From contig CP089277.1 of assembly GCA_023920165.1 (NCBI GenBank), forward strand, positions 2,232,001 through 2,296,000: a stretch of 64,000 nucleotides of DNA, read 5' to 3'. Positions 37,510 to 49,718 of the stretch are shown here, piece by piece. Every line of letters begins with the position of its first letter. Position 1 is the first letter of the stretch. Position numbers and translations under genes: made by a program. This DNA comes from Curvularia clavata (taxonomy: Eukaryota). Under the pieces are notes generated by a model. The model did no database searches, had not been told where the DNA came from, and saw only the letters and a program-made list of their open reading frames with translations.

Positions 37510-38394
37510 ATGACACCCGACAGTCCACTGTATATAGCCGATGGTGCTAGTCTTCCCGCAACATTACCAACAGTGGAAGAAATCGAATCCGCAACAGAAA
37601 TCTTAAGTCGCACCGCTGGGCGTAAAGTTGTTGGAGTTGGCGAACACTTTGTCGTCAAATATGGAAAACAAGTCGATCTACTCGAGGGAGAGACGCAGCT
37701 CTTTCTGGAACAAGAAACGAATGTTCCGGTGCCGCGCATCTATGCATTATTCCAGAGCGCAGACCAAAAGGACAGCTACATTGTCATGGAACGCATTAAA
37801 GGCTCAAGTCTGGCATCAGAGTGGCCAAAGATGAATCAAGCATCAAAAGAGACTGTCTCCTCGAAACTTCGGTCTATTTTTGAGGAGATGCGCAAAATAG
37901 AAACTCCTGGAGGATACTGTAGTGTCGGTCATCGCGGGTTACCAGATGGTCTTTTCTGGACGAACGACCCATCACATCCATTTTCCGGGCCATTTGATAC
38001 AGAGACAGAGCTGAACAACGCTATGTTGGCAAAATACGTCGAAGACGGCCACTCTAGATACAAGGCGGATTATTATTCGCGCACCTTCAAGGAAAATTTT
38101 CAAGGACACGTCCCTGTTTTCTCGCACGCAGACTTCCAGCGAAAGAATGTGATGTTGCGTGATTCTTCGACAGCGACCAAGACTGAAGTGCCACGGGACA
38201 TTACAGATTGGCAACCTGTGATCATTGATTGGGAATTTTCTGGTTGGTATCCAAGTTACTGGGAATATTCGAGAGCCATCTTTGCGTGCGGACGATGGGA
38301 AGATGACTGGAACTGTTGGGTTGATCGAATGCTCGAGCCGTTTCGAAATGAAACTGCCTGGGTGACTTCTCTTCTTCGAGAGCTGTGGTCGTGA
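37510..38394 (+). CDS. aminoglycoside-phosphotransferase/choline-kinase-like small-molecule kinase
   Basis: Intronless 294 aa. FVVKYG, VPVPRIY, YIVMERIKG, Brenner motif FSHADFQRKNVM, and IIDWEFSGWYPSYWEY. Confidence 0.9.
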   Translation: MTPDSPLYIADGASLPATLPTVEEIESATEILSRTAGRKVVGVGEHFVVKYGKQVDLLEGETQLFLEQETNVPVPRIYALFQSADQKDSYIVMERIKGSSLASEWPKMNQASKETVSSKLRSIFEEMRKIETPGGYCSVGHRGLPDGLFWTNDPSHPFSGPFDTETELNNAMLAKYVEDGHSRYKADYYSRTFKENFQGHVPVFSHADFQRKNVMLRDSSTATKTEVPRDITDWQPVIIDWEFSGWYPSYWEYSRAIFACGRWEDDWNCWVDRMLEPFRNETAWVTSLLRELWS

Positions 38395-39278
38395 AACTGT
38401 GTTGGGGTTTCGTTTAACACAACCCGTGCATTAGAAGATATACTTGCGCACATCCACGCTTAATTGAGTGTTCGATGCTTTGTGATAGTTTGTGGGGTAC
38501 CACACTTGGCGCTCCCAGGGTCGGCCGCACCCACTCTTCAGCGCCACAGCACCAGCACACTGTCACAGCATTCACTACATCTCAGGGATCTTCGTTCAAG
38601 CCCCCGTTCGATGTTTAGCTTACGCTGCTCGAGCTATCCCCTGCCACTATGCAGATCTCAAAGTCTACGCCTCACATGAGCACCATTTCCTGTTCGGTGG
38701 CTTTGCGACAAGGCAGGTCGCGTGTGCGCTCCAAGAAATAACATGAGCGGGATTCCCCAGCAACCCTAGGTCTTATAGTCAGGTCTTGGATTCTCCGCCC
38801 CAAGACACCTATCGTGCTTGATCAGGAAGGTGTCGGTTTTGGCTAGGTCAAGACATGCTTGGAGCCAAAACGCTTTCCACTGCGAAACCCTAAACTGTTA
38901 TCAGGTGGCAAGGCAGAACTATCTAATCCGCACATGCAATTGGGTCTTTTGCGCTTGGCCTAGCACGGCAATGTTTGCCAAGAGCCAACACCAGACAACC
39001 AAGGATACTTTGGTTCTTAGTATTACTCGGCACCAATCATACAGGTAATTTCCCGTAATTCTCGGTTTGCAAATCGATCCTGAAGTGCTCTCTTTACTAA
39101 TGCCTATCTCTGGGCGGGTAAGGTCCCGTGTCATTCCTCTGGTGCCCAGAAAGGCTGTACTGTTCACCACTTTGCTAGATAAGGCAGTTCATAAGTTGAA
39201 GGATTAAGTTGCAAATACTTAAATAACTACTATACTCCCCTGCAAGATGTCCAGGTTCGTTGCCCGATACCGCGCACA

Positions 39279-41329
39279 ATGTCGTCCGGTGCCAATCTTG
39301 AGATTGTGGATGCCGCCCTGGCAAATACACCCGCCATTACGAATAGTGCAAGAGATGCAAGCTTGGAGAAACATGAAGGTGTTGTGAATTCTTCTGAAAG
39401 CCTTCGCGGTCCGCATGGCGAAGAGTACCCTACCGACGAAGACTGGGCAACCCTTCGCCGCGTGTATGGAAAGGTCAACTGGATGAGTATGTGCACTCTT
39501 AGCAAACATCTCTCAAACCCAAGCCATCTGCTAAAACTACTTCAGTCTATGTTATCGGCATTGTCGAGATGTGTGAGCGTTTCGCTTACTACGGAACGAC
39601 TGCGGTATTTGTAAATTTCATCCAGCAGGATTTGCCTACTACCGGACCATTTCCTGAAGCTGGCGCCGCTGGTGATGGCCAACCAGGTGCGCTGGGAATG
39701 GGTCAGCGTGCCAGCACTGGTCTCACTCAATTCAACTCTTTCTTTTCGTACATCATGCCTTTGGTTGGTAAGTAGCGCCATTCAGCGCACTCCGGACGTG
39801 TTATTGATAGGGCTTTAGGCGGTTGGGTTGCAGACGAGTACTGGGGCAAATTCAAGACGATCTACTTTGCCATCTTCGTTGCCACGCTGGGACATATCCT
39901 AATCATCATCGCTGCCATACCTCAGGTCATGGGACCGAATCCAAACGGCGCCTTGGCATCATTCATTCTCGGTCTGATTCTATTCGGCACTGGTGTCGGG
40001 TTCTTCAAGGCCTGTATCTCTCCATTGATTGCGGAACAATATGAAGCCAGCCACCCGAAGGCATACATTCGCACTGAGCCGAGCGGAGAGCGAGTCATCG
40101 TCGACCCTGGCATTACATATTCTCGAGTTTACATGCGCTACTACCTCCTGATCAATGTGGGAGCACTGGTTGGCCAGGTCTCTATGGGTAAGTTGCTATA
40201 CGCAAAGGCAATATAGCTGCTAATCTCTCCGCAGTATACGCCGAGAAGTACGTTGGATTCTGGCTCTCGTTCACCCTGCCAACCATTCTGTTCATCTTCT
40301 GTCCACTCTTGATGGTCATGTTCAGCAAGCATTACGTCAAGAAGCCCCCACAGGGCGACGTGCTTGTAAAGTCCTTGAAGGTGTACGGACTGGTTTTGAA
40401 GGGCCGCTTCTCTATCAATCCTGTTCGCACGTGGAGAAACCTGTCCGATCCAAGCATTTGGGACAGCGCGAAACCCAGCAAGCTTACTAATAGACCACCA
40501 TGGATGACTTTCGACGATGCTTGGGTTGAGGAGGTCCGTCGTGGTATCAAAGCGTGTCAAGTCTTTTTCTGGTTGCCAATCTTCTGGCTACCCTATGGTC
40601 AAATGTTTGTCTACACCCAATGAAAACACATGAGATGTATGCTGACTTTAATCTTCTCAATTCAGGACTAACAATTTGGTCTCCCAAGCATCGACCATGA
40701 AGCTCAACGGCGTACCCAACGACATTATCCACAACCTGAACCCATTTACTCTTTTGATCTCCATTCCCATCTTCGATAAGATCATTTACCCAAGACTAGC
40801 TCACTGGGGTATCAAGTTTTCGCCTTTGAAGAAGATTCAAGCTGGGTTCATCTGTGCGATGCTGTCAATGGTCGTGGCTGCAGTCATTCAGCACTTCATC
40901 TATCAAAAGTCGCCTTGCGGTAGCTACCCTAGCAGCTGCGACGTGCCTCCAGACCTATCGGTATGGGTCCAAGTCCCAGCATACATCCTCATCGCCTTCT
41001 CGGAAATTTTCGCGTCCATCACTGGATTGGAATACGCCTACACTAAAGCGCCCAAGAACATGCGCTCCGTTGTCACCGGCATGTTCTGGTTTACACACGC
41101 CTTTTCTTCTGCCATTGCTCAAGCCTTTGTGCCTTTGGCGGACGATCCACTGCTGGTATGGCTGTACACGACCATTGCGATCATTACGTTCCTCGGCTAT
41201 GTCGGATTCACATGGACATTCAGGTCGCTGGACAAGGAGGATGAGAGCCTTGATAAGCTTCCAGAAGGCGAGTTCCAGTCTAACGCTGAGTACGCCGCAG
41301 AAAAGCTCCAGAATGCGGAGAGGGCTTAG
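39279..41329 (+). CDS. PTR2: proton-dependent di/tripeptide transporter (POT/PTR2 family)
   Basis: EMCERFAYYG (ExxERF motif), GGWVADEYWG, YYLLINVGAL and GLEYAYTKAPKNMRS. Four introns (about 39487-39545, 39768-39818, 40188-40234, 40604-40665). Confidence 0.93.
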
Positions 41330-42033
41330 TCATGGCTCTTGGGTTTTCGTAGTAGGCTTGTGGCGACTGACGTGGTATCGGTCTTTGGTGGTTGATGATA
41401 CTTTTCATGATCCATTTTCCATATCTCACCGGTCCGATAATATTTTTCTCTCCTGGATAGTTAGTCATAATTGCTATCGTGGTCGGTCCTGCCGACCATA
41501 CTTCAAGTGTTCAAATTCTGCTCATGCCTTGCAATCGCTCCTCTGGTTTGTAGAAGTGTAAACGTCTGCGGGTCCGAGTTTTTCTTTCACGTGTCCACGA
41601 CAACACGTTTCAAGCATAATACCCACCCCACGTGCCCCGGGAATAACCTATGCCCGCGGCTAGCTTTCCACAACGTCGTCAAGTTGATGCTCTCCCGAAA
41701 GAAATGTGGGCTCGGTTCTAGGCCTAGTGTCATCATCAAGGGTCCAAGCGCAATCCATGGTCTCCAAAAAACCCATAATTCCGACCCACTATGCCATCTT
41801 TGAGCACAACTTTTTGATAAGCCCCATTTTTCAGCGTGGCATAACTGTCATGAAGCCGATTCTTGACGATGCCGCCGATGGCGGCTCGGAGACGCCACGG
41901 AGATCGATTTTATCTCGGAGTCTGACTTGATTGAAAATACATAGATGGCCCAATGCTTTCTGGTTTTGCTCGAGGCAAATCCGCTCTTTTTTGTTGTCTC
42001 TGAGCTTTTCAAAATTGTTTCTTTTTTGCAGTA

Positions 42034-43838
42034 ATGGCATTCTTTCTGCAATACCGGGACATCCAGCGCCATGTGAAGCAGGAGCTCCAGCAGGTGACTG
42101 AGCTCCCTGTCACTTTTCCTGCTGGGACCACACATTCTCATACAAGGACAGAAGAGGCGCAGGAGTCTGGGGGATTTGACTCGTCTGATGAGCTAAGTAA
42201 GGGCGAGCCGTATACACGGATACCAGGCATCACATTGATGCAGGATGGCAACGGCAAGATGTACTATCAGGTTGACTGGGCTGGTCCCGAAGACCCCTTC
42301 AATCCAAAGAAGTGGTCTACAATACATCGTGTCGGGGCTACCATGCTGGTTTGTCTTGTCGCATTCGTTGCAACTGTCGCGTCTTCTATCGACTCCGCCG
42401 TATTGACGAGCGCAACTGCTGAGTTGGGTGTTTCAGAAGTGGCTGAATCATTGGCCACTGCACTCTTTCTTGTTGGAATGGGTCTCGGAGCGTTGCTCCT
42501 CAGTCCTCTTTCCGAACTGCTCGGACGATACATCGTCTATCTTGTCTCCCTCTTCGTCTTTGGCTGCTGGATTCTGGGCGCCGCATTGGCACCAAATTAT
42601 GGTGCGCAGCTTGTTTTCCGGCTTCTTGCTGGCTTCTCCGCAAGCGCTCCGCTCACCGTGGCGGGCGGGACAGTGGGGGATATGTGGAGTCCGATTGAGA
42701 AAACCTTTGCCCTTCCGCTTTACGCCATTCCCGCGTTCGGTGGACCAGTTTTCGGTTAGTTGTTGATGTTCTCGTTCAATTCACCATGCTGCGTTGGATG
42801 TTTTACTAACAGTTGTATAGGACCGGTTATAGGTGCTTATGTCGGCTACGAGCCATCTGTCGATTGGAGGTGGTCTGAATGGATAACACTGATTTTGGTC
42901 GGTGCTGTGTTCACGCTTATATTACTCTTCAAGAAAGAGTCGTTTGCTCCGCGCATTCTACACTACAAGGCAAAATGTTTCCGAAAGTTTACAGGAAACG
43001 GCCGCTTCATGACGGCGGCAGAAGCTACGCATGGTTCGCTAGGTGATCTCGTCTCCAAAAGCTTCTTGCGGCCATTCCTTCTCTCTACACAGCCGATCGT
43101 CGTAGCGTTCACAGTCTATCTGACGATTGTGTACATCATTTTGTTCACTTTCTTGGACGGGTACGTATCTCACAACATTGAGAAGCCAGAACTCATGAGC
43201 AATGTTAACTTCCATACAGCTACCCATTCATCTTTGCAGAAACATATGGCATTAACGAAGGCCTTTCCAACATCTGCTTCCTCGGTTTGTTCGTCGGTAT
43301 CGCCTCCTCAGCATTTCTAGTTCCCATTGCTTACCGCCGGACTATCCAACAACTCAAGAAAGACTTTGATGACGGATCCGGCAAAATGATTCATCGAGAG
43401 TCACGGTTGTTCTTTGCTATGGTCGGAGCACCTGCATTGCCGATTGGTCTCTTCTGGATGGGCTGGACTGACTATGTAAGTTTCCCACCTGTCCTTTGTA
43501 GTTTTTCTAACAAAATCTAGAAATCTGTCTCTATTTGGTCACCCCTCGTCGCATCGGTTTTGGTCGGATTCAGCAACATTTGTGTCTTCATGTCCGCTTA
43601 CATGTACATGATCGACAGTTATGAAGCCTACGCAGCCTCGGCGCTGACCTTCAACGCCCTCATTAGGTACCTTGCAGCTGGCGGAATGACTGTGGTTGGC
43701 ATACCTATGTACAGGAACTTGGGTACACATTGGACTTTGACCTTGCTTGGATGTCTGAGTGTTCTCACGGTGCCGATTCCATACGTCCTTTACCGGTATG
43801 GACCGAGCTTGAGGAGGCGCAGCCAATGGGCAGTATGA
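42034..43838 (+). CDS. MFS transporter, DHA1 (drug/polyamine:H+ antiporter) family
   Basis: VDWAGPEDPFNPKKWS, SPLSELLGR, GGTVGDMW, WRWSEW, PESRL-like RESRL and YMIDSYEAYAASAL. Three introns. Confidence 0.92.
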
Positions 43839-46800
43839 AGCTGGACGAGTAATTCAGGAAGAGAAAAGACACTTTCCCGATATTGCCTTGAGTCGTGGCT
43901 GTTACTCAACAAGAATGTTGCAGCCACGGTATGCAATAATGGATTCCCAACAAGCAATAGCCTTCCCACAGCAGCGACGAAAAAAACATCAAACGAGCCA
44001 CTCTCAACAAGTCGCGGTTGGAGCTGATAAGGAAAATCGCCAGGTACTCGAGTGTACTTAGGTGGGAGTCAATGGCCGTTGGAGATAGGATGAGCAACGA
44101 GTAGTACAGGAATTCTAAATGACCCCAGAGGGAATCCAGGTCGAGGTTACTTCATAGCTTCTAATCGAAAGCCTACTACACATACACTAGTTAGCCCAAA
44201 TTCACTCTCGCATTCCCTGACTCGTCTCATTCGCATTCGTTCCACCTACCCGAATTATCAAGTTCAAACTCAAATCCCTAGAACGGAACACCGTATCTAC
44301 TAAACGACTCGCGCTCCTCCGTGCGGTAACGCATGTACATAGCTCGGATGCCGATCCAATAGCGCTTGTGTCGCAATCGCCAATATCGCAACGCTCGTTC
44401 GACACGTGCAAAAGTAAGTACGTGTACTTTACCAGGCCGTAAAGTAAACTCTGGACCAGTACCTGCCAAGCCTGCTACCACACAACACGCTGACAGTCAT
44501 CCACTCTTTCGTCCAGCCCGTGACATACCCCGCCACACTTCAACGCGTCATACGCCGTAGCCAGACAGAACACAGTAGGCCTTCTTGTAGAAGCAAGCGC
44601 ATTGCACTTAGCACCCTCCATCTACGCGTTCTCTAACTCTATCTTCCTCTTTCTCTTAGATCTCACACCATACTAACCCCTCCCCTACGTAATTGGCCAC
44701 CGGCCGCAACTTCCGCCTCGCATCTTCCCCTCTCCACCTAAAACAAATGCGGCGTACAAAACTTTCCTAACGCGGCAGCTGTAGAAAACTGCACATCGTC
44801 GATTCGTTGGTCCCAGATCGTAGCGATGTATGCGGGTGTAACGATGCGTGGGTGTGGCGGAATCGGTGGTTTTGTGCGTGTTCGTATCGAAGGGTAAGGT
44901 GGCCGCGGAGAGCGGTCCGCGGCTCAGAGTGCATCGAAGGAAAGGAGAAAAAAAAGAAAGAAGGGTGTGGCGCGCGGAAAGTGGGCCAATCAGAAGGTGA
45001 GAAAGGGGACGTAAGAGGATGGGAACTATGGGGCGTGGAATACTCTATGTATTGGTACATTCGTTGGGTAGTGCTTAGTGGGATAGATAGTATCTGGAGT
45101 GAGGGCTAGATACGAAAGGTGTACCACCCACCGGGTTTGACGCGGGAATTAAAATGGTATTTTGAGATTGGGTTTGTATGATACGTATCGACTACATACA
45201 CTAGGTGTAGGAGAGTAGATAACGTCATGTTCAACGAACGCGTTCATACCCAGAAATTTGCTTGTGTGAGGTTCCGTAGGTGTAGATGTAAGCCGAGCCT
45301 CAACCCGAGGACGAGACCAAAAAAAGCAAAACCATCGCCCGAGTCCAACTCAACATCTAGAACAAACCATCACAGCCTCTCTGTCTCAGAAACCCCATCC
45401 ACTCACTCATCTTTCCCTCTTCCTGCCCTAGGTGTATTGACAGAAAACACAGCCACGCGTGTCGAACTCTACTCCTACACTTAGTCTTGCGTCACCATCC
45501 TAACCAATCCAACCAAACAAGTCAGCGTCGCAATACTGACACGGACACCCCGGGCACTAGGTACACACTACACTACATGTACTAGTCATCCTTTCCCTGC
45601 GGAGTCACCACCGATGCAAGCGGGTACCTGTTGTCAAGCATGTATTCCAGTTCTCACCCGGCGTCCATCTCCGTCCAGTCGAGTCGTACAGCGCGTATTT
45701 GTTTTTGTTTTTGCCTCAAGAATACGTAATAGATTACTGATAGGTGAAACGTAGCAAGGCTATATGGGGAGCTAAGGGAGTATGTCCTTTGGCCTCACGG
45801 ATACCGAGGAATAAATGATGGAAGGGTCTCCATAGGTGGGACTGTGTGGCTTCTCCGCGGAATGATGGACGTGCTGAGCAAAGAGTTTTCTTCTTGGAGT
45901 GGGGAAAAGGTGAGACAGATGCGTACACGCCTACTTACGGTACGTGTTGGTGAGCATGTCGGTAGGAAAGGTGCACTTCCAAAACAGGTTTCGCAAGCAA
46001 TGAAGAGCAATTAGAAGGAAATGGGATGAGCAACGCATCCCCACGGGAATACGCCAACGTGCGTGATCGTCTAGGGGCTCTGCGGGAGCGCCCGGTGTCA
46101 GACAGGTGCAGGGTCCTGGGGAAGACAATAGAGCAGGAATAAGAGGCGTGTCGGGATAACGTCTCCCGAGAGACTAATTGCTGACCTACACGCGGGAGCG
46201 CGGTGTGACATGCTGGTTAAATCCCGCTGTCCTCCTTGTTTGGAGTTTTTCTGGTGGTTTGGCAGTCTGGCTGGTTGATCGCTCGAGTCGGATCTGCGGG
46301 TGAAGGGAGACGGAGAAAGGTAAATAGGATTAACTTTGCATGGTTGGACTAGTACATGCTAATGCGTCTATATCATGGACGAGTGACGTAGGAGAGAATG
46401 GCGTATCGGTTGTTAGATGGTAAGGTTTTCTAAAAGTATAGGCAGACACTTGGCTCAGTAGGAGGAAAGATTGCCTCACTCTCAACAGCCCTTGTGACTT
46501 CCTGTTTGAGTCAGATGCATTGATGGTTTTATGCTTTTTAGTCTGTGTCACGTGCATCGTGTTGTGGTTCATCCACTATCGTCTAGATTGCCCAACTGGG
46601 TGCTCTTCAACGGCTTAGACTGCAAAGATACAACCACTTGTCATGATTCAGCAGCCAGACTAAGTCGATCAGATAACACAATCAGTGTCTCACAAACTCG
46701 AGTGCTGTCACGCCGGCAGTGCCCAAATAAGGCAGGAGGGCAGTCCGAAATCGAGACATGCCTTTTCTCGCCTGGTATTGATCTAACCCCTCGCCCCTAT

Positions 46801-48495
46801 TGGCTCAAGAACGTGGGACAAGAGGGTGGAGTGCCTAGACCGGCATATACACATAGGCGTGCATGATACAGACTAGGGAGCTGGCGGTGCTGGGTTACGG
46901 AGATAAGCCCATTGCATGCATGCCAGGGTAGTGGTGGTGGGAAAGTAGCAAGGGAAGCGACCGCATATGTGGCCCACCAAAACGTGCATACAGCGGGCGC
47001 ATCGGGAGGCTTGTCCAGGTAAGTATAGTGGCTAGCCGGGTTCGCAACATACATCGAAGAAAGAAAAAAACGATGCAGGCCAAGTCCATGTGTATGCATC
47101 GTGGCACATATATCACTACTCGTCTTCCACCCTCGATGCCGGAGCGGGCAGCGGAGTAGTGTGTACGTTAGCTGTTCCACCCACCTGGAAATAGCCTAAT
47201 GTAGGCGACTGTGAGTGTAATTGGCAGAGATGTACGGGTTGCTAGGATCAAGGCTTGCTTGACGCTGGAAAGACTAATGGTATTCGGTAAAAACGGCACA
47301 GCCGTCTGCGTGGGACGAGCTGATGGTCAAGACGGGATGTGAGAAAAAACAAAAAAAGGTGACGAATTTGCCAGGTGTGTATACAAAGGGTGTTTGCATA
47401 GACGAACTAGGCGCGTGTTGCGGGTACGGGAAGAACGATGCATTGGGCTCAGGCTCACCACCCACGCCCCAGTAAACACCCAACCCCCCAGACCCGACCA
47501 GTTGAGCCGGATCTGCAAGCTCGTGGCTGTAGCAGGCGGAGAAAAGCTCCTCTAGGTAGGCGGGAGCACATCGGCGCTATGCCACTTGTCAAAGACGTCA
47601 AGTTGGCTATACCCAATGTAGCGAGTGAAGACTACTCAGCTCCCGTTCTCCTGATCTACTTCCCCTCTTTTCTTTGCTGCCATACTGGTCTTGAAACGGC
47701 CGTGCATGAGTAGCGCAATAGCAATGAGTGAATATGCCCAATCACGCAACGCAGCAATAGGTCGCGACTCGCAGCAAGATGTGAATTTGGCCCTAGGCGT
47801 GATGATCTTTTACTCTCCCGATAGACGGAGGTCGCCGAGCAGCTGGGGGCCTAGCCGCTAACGAGAGACAACAACGAGAAGAAATTGAGGGGGTTAGGAT
47901 AGGTAGATAGATAGATAGTAGAGATGAATTATGTTCATAGAAGTTAGGTAAAAAAAAAGTTAAACAACTCTAAAAGTCTGGCAAGGGAATAGCAGAAAAT
48001 CTTTTGACTCCCAGAAAGCATGCCATGCCGCATTGTACCTCACATAGCGTCTCCCGATAGGAAATACAAGGTACCAATCAAAATGCCATAACATGGTCGG
48101 TCTAGATGGATGAGTGCGGATGCCGAGAGCGCCGCCACATAGGAAAGATTGAAGAGAGAAGAGGGAAGGAGAGAAAAAAAATAAACCGATACCAGTGAAG
48201 AAGGGAGGTGTTCGGAGGCGCGTCCAGTAGACGTGAATCCGTTAACGCGGCAATGCGAACCCAAAATGACAGTGTCCAAATAAAGAAGCAATCGAAGGGT
48301 AGGGACCACCGGGGCGGTAGGAGAACCGACAGGAGGTACTAGTAGTATGGTATGGTATCGCGTTATTTTTTTCTCTTGTGCTGGGCCAAGCAGCACCGCC
48401 AATGGCCAGGGCGGGGGCAACGGGACCGAGCGGTGTAGGTAATCTCTCGACAGCGAACCCGACAACAGATGACTGACTCCAGCGTTTCCGACTCG

Positions 48496-49313
48496 TTACA
48501 TTACTACGCAACAGCAGCCCTTCTTCTCCGCCTGCTCCTCCGTGTCGAAGGTGGTCTTTGTGGGGCCGGCGCCGTTTGAGTTTGGAGCGCCTGTGTATGA
48601 TGACATTTCCTTGTTGTATCTGCGGATTTCTCGTACAATGTCGTAGAAGGCGTTGTCAACGTTGATGCGTGATTTGGCAGAGGTTTCGATGAACTTGCAA
48701 CCAAAGTTTCGCGCCAGAGTTTGGCCCTCTGAAGTTGGGTTAGCAAGTGAGCATGGCCAGAGGAGAGAGACGCGTACCTTGTGTGGAGACTTGCCTCTCG
48801 CCGTCGAGATCGCACTTGTTGCCGACGACAATCATGGGAAAGTAGTCCTTGTCCTTGACCCTCAGGATCTGCTGCTGGAATGTCATGATTTCTTCGAAGC
48901 TCTGGCGGTCGGTTATCGAGTAGACGAGCAGGAAGCCCTCTCCTGTGCGCATGTACTGCTCGCGCATAGCCGAGTACTCCTCCTGTCCGGCCGTGTCGAG
49001 CACGTCGAGCAGCGCAACCTCATCGTCAATGACACACTGCTTGCGGTACGAGTCTGGGCGCGTTAGTGCGTGTCGCGCTTGATGGGCGACGCACGGGGAT
49101 TGGTACTCACCTTCAATGGTTGGGTCATACTCGTCAACGAAGTGGCTCTGGATCAGCTGGATTGTCAAGCACGACTTTCCGACACCACCGCCGCCGACTA
49201 CGACCAGCTTGTATTCTCGGAGAAACTGATGGGTTGGTTAGCGGGAGTGCTCAAGGCAGGGGTAAGATGGGGTGAGATGGGGGGAGGTGAGGCGGACGCA
49301 CCTTGGAAGCCAT
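48496..49313 (-). CDS. ras1: Ras small GTPase (RasA/Ras1 type)
   Basis: [35 protein letters not shown] and C-terminal CCCVVM (palmitoylation cysteines plus CaaX). Introns 49301-49226, 49110-49054 and 48777-48729. Confidence 0.97.
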
Positions 49314-49631
49314 TGTGAAGGGAGAAGAAGGGGAGCCGGGCGTTGGACAAGCAGCCGGGCAATGGGTATATTAAGAAGCAGCAAGCACGAGGCCGAGCTC
49401 AGTGACGGGTAGCTTAGCGATGGGGCGAGGGGTGGAGATGAGGCGGGAGCAAGGAACGACGGATTCTCGGGGAGGCGAGCAGGCGTGTGGCGATACGACG
49501 CGCGGTGCAGCAGACGCGATGGGGGGTCTCTGGTGTAGCAGAGGCAGCAGAGGCCGGGGGCTTCGCGGTGGGTAAGCCAAGGGAGCGGAGTGGCGAGGAG
49601 AAGAAGCTGGCGACGCGGAGAAGCAGTACAG

Positions 49632-49718
49632 GAGAGCAAAGCAGAGCAGAGCGAAGCGAAGAGTAGGGCAGAGTAGGGCAGGGCAGCACTGGCACTGGCG
49701 CTGGCGCTGGCACTGGCG
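49632..49718. repeat. degenerate 5-mer (AGAGC/AGGGC) and 6-mer (GCRCTG) tandem repeats upstream of ras
   Basis: gagagcaaagcagagcagagcgaagc...agtagggcagagtagggcagggca, then gcactggcactggcgctggcgctggcactggcg. Confidence 0.7.

Noticed and set aside
44741..44760. ACAAATGCGGCGTA resembling RNase P conserved region V
   Set aside because: No matching region I or P4 partner upstream. No telomerase template (TAACCCTAA) or snRNA signature was found in the gap either.
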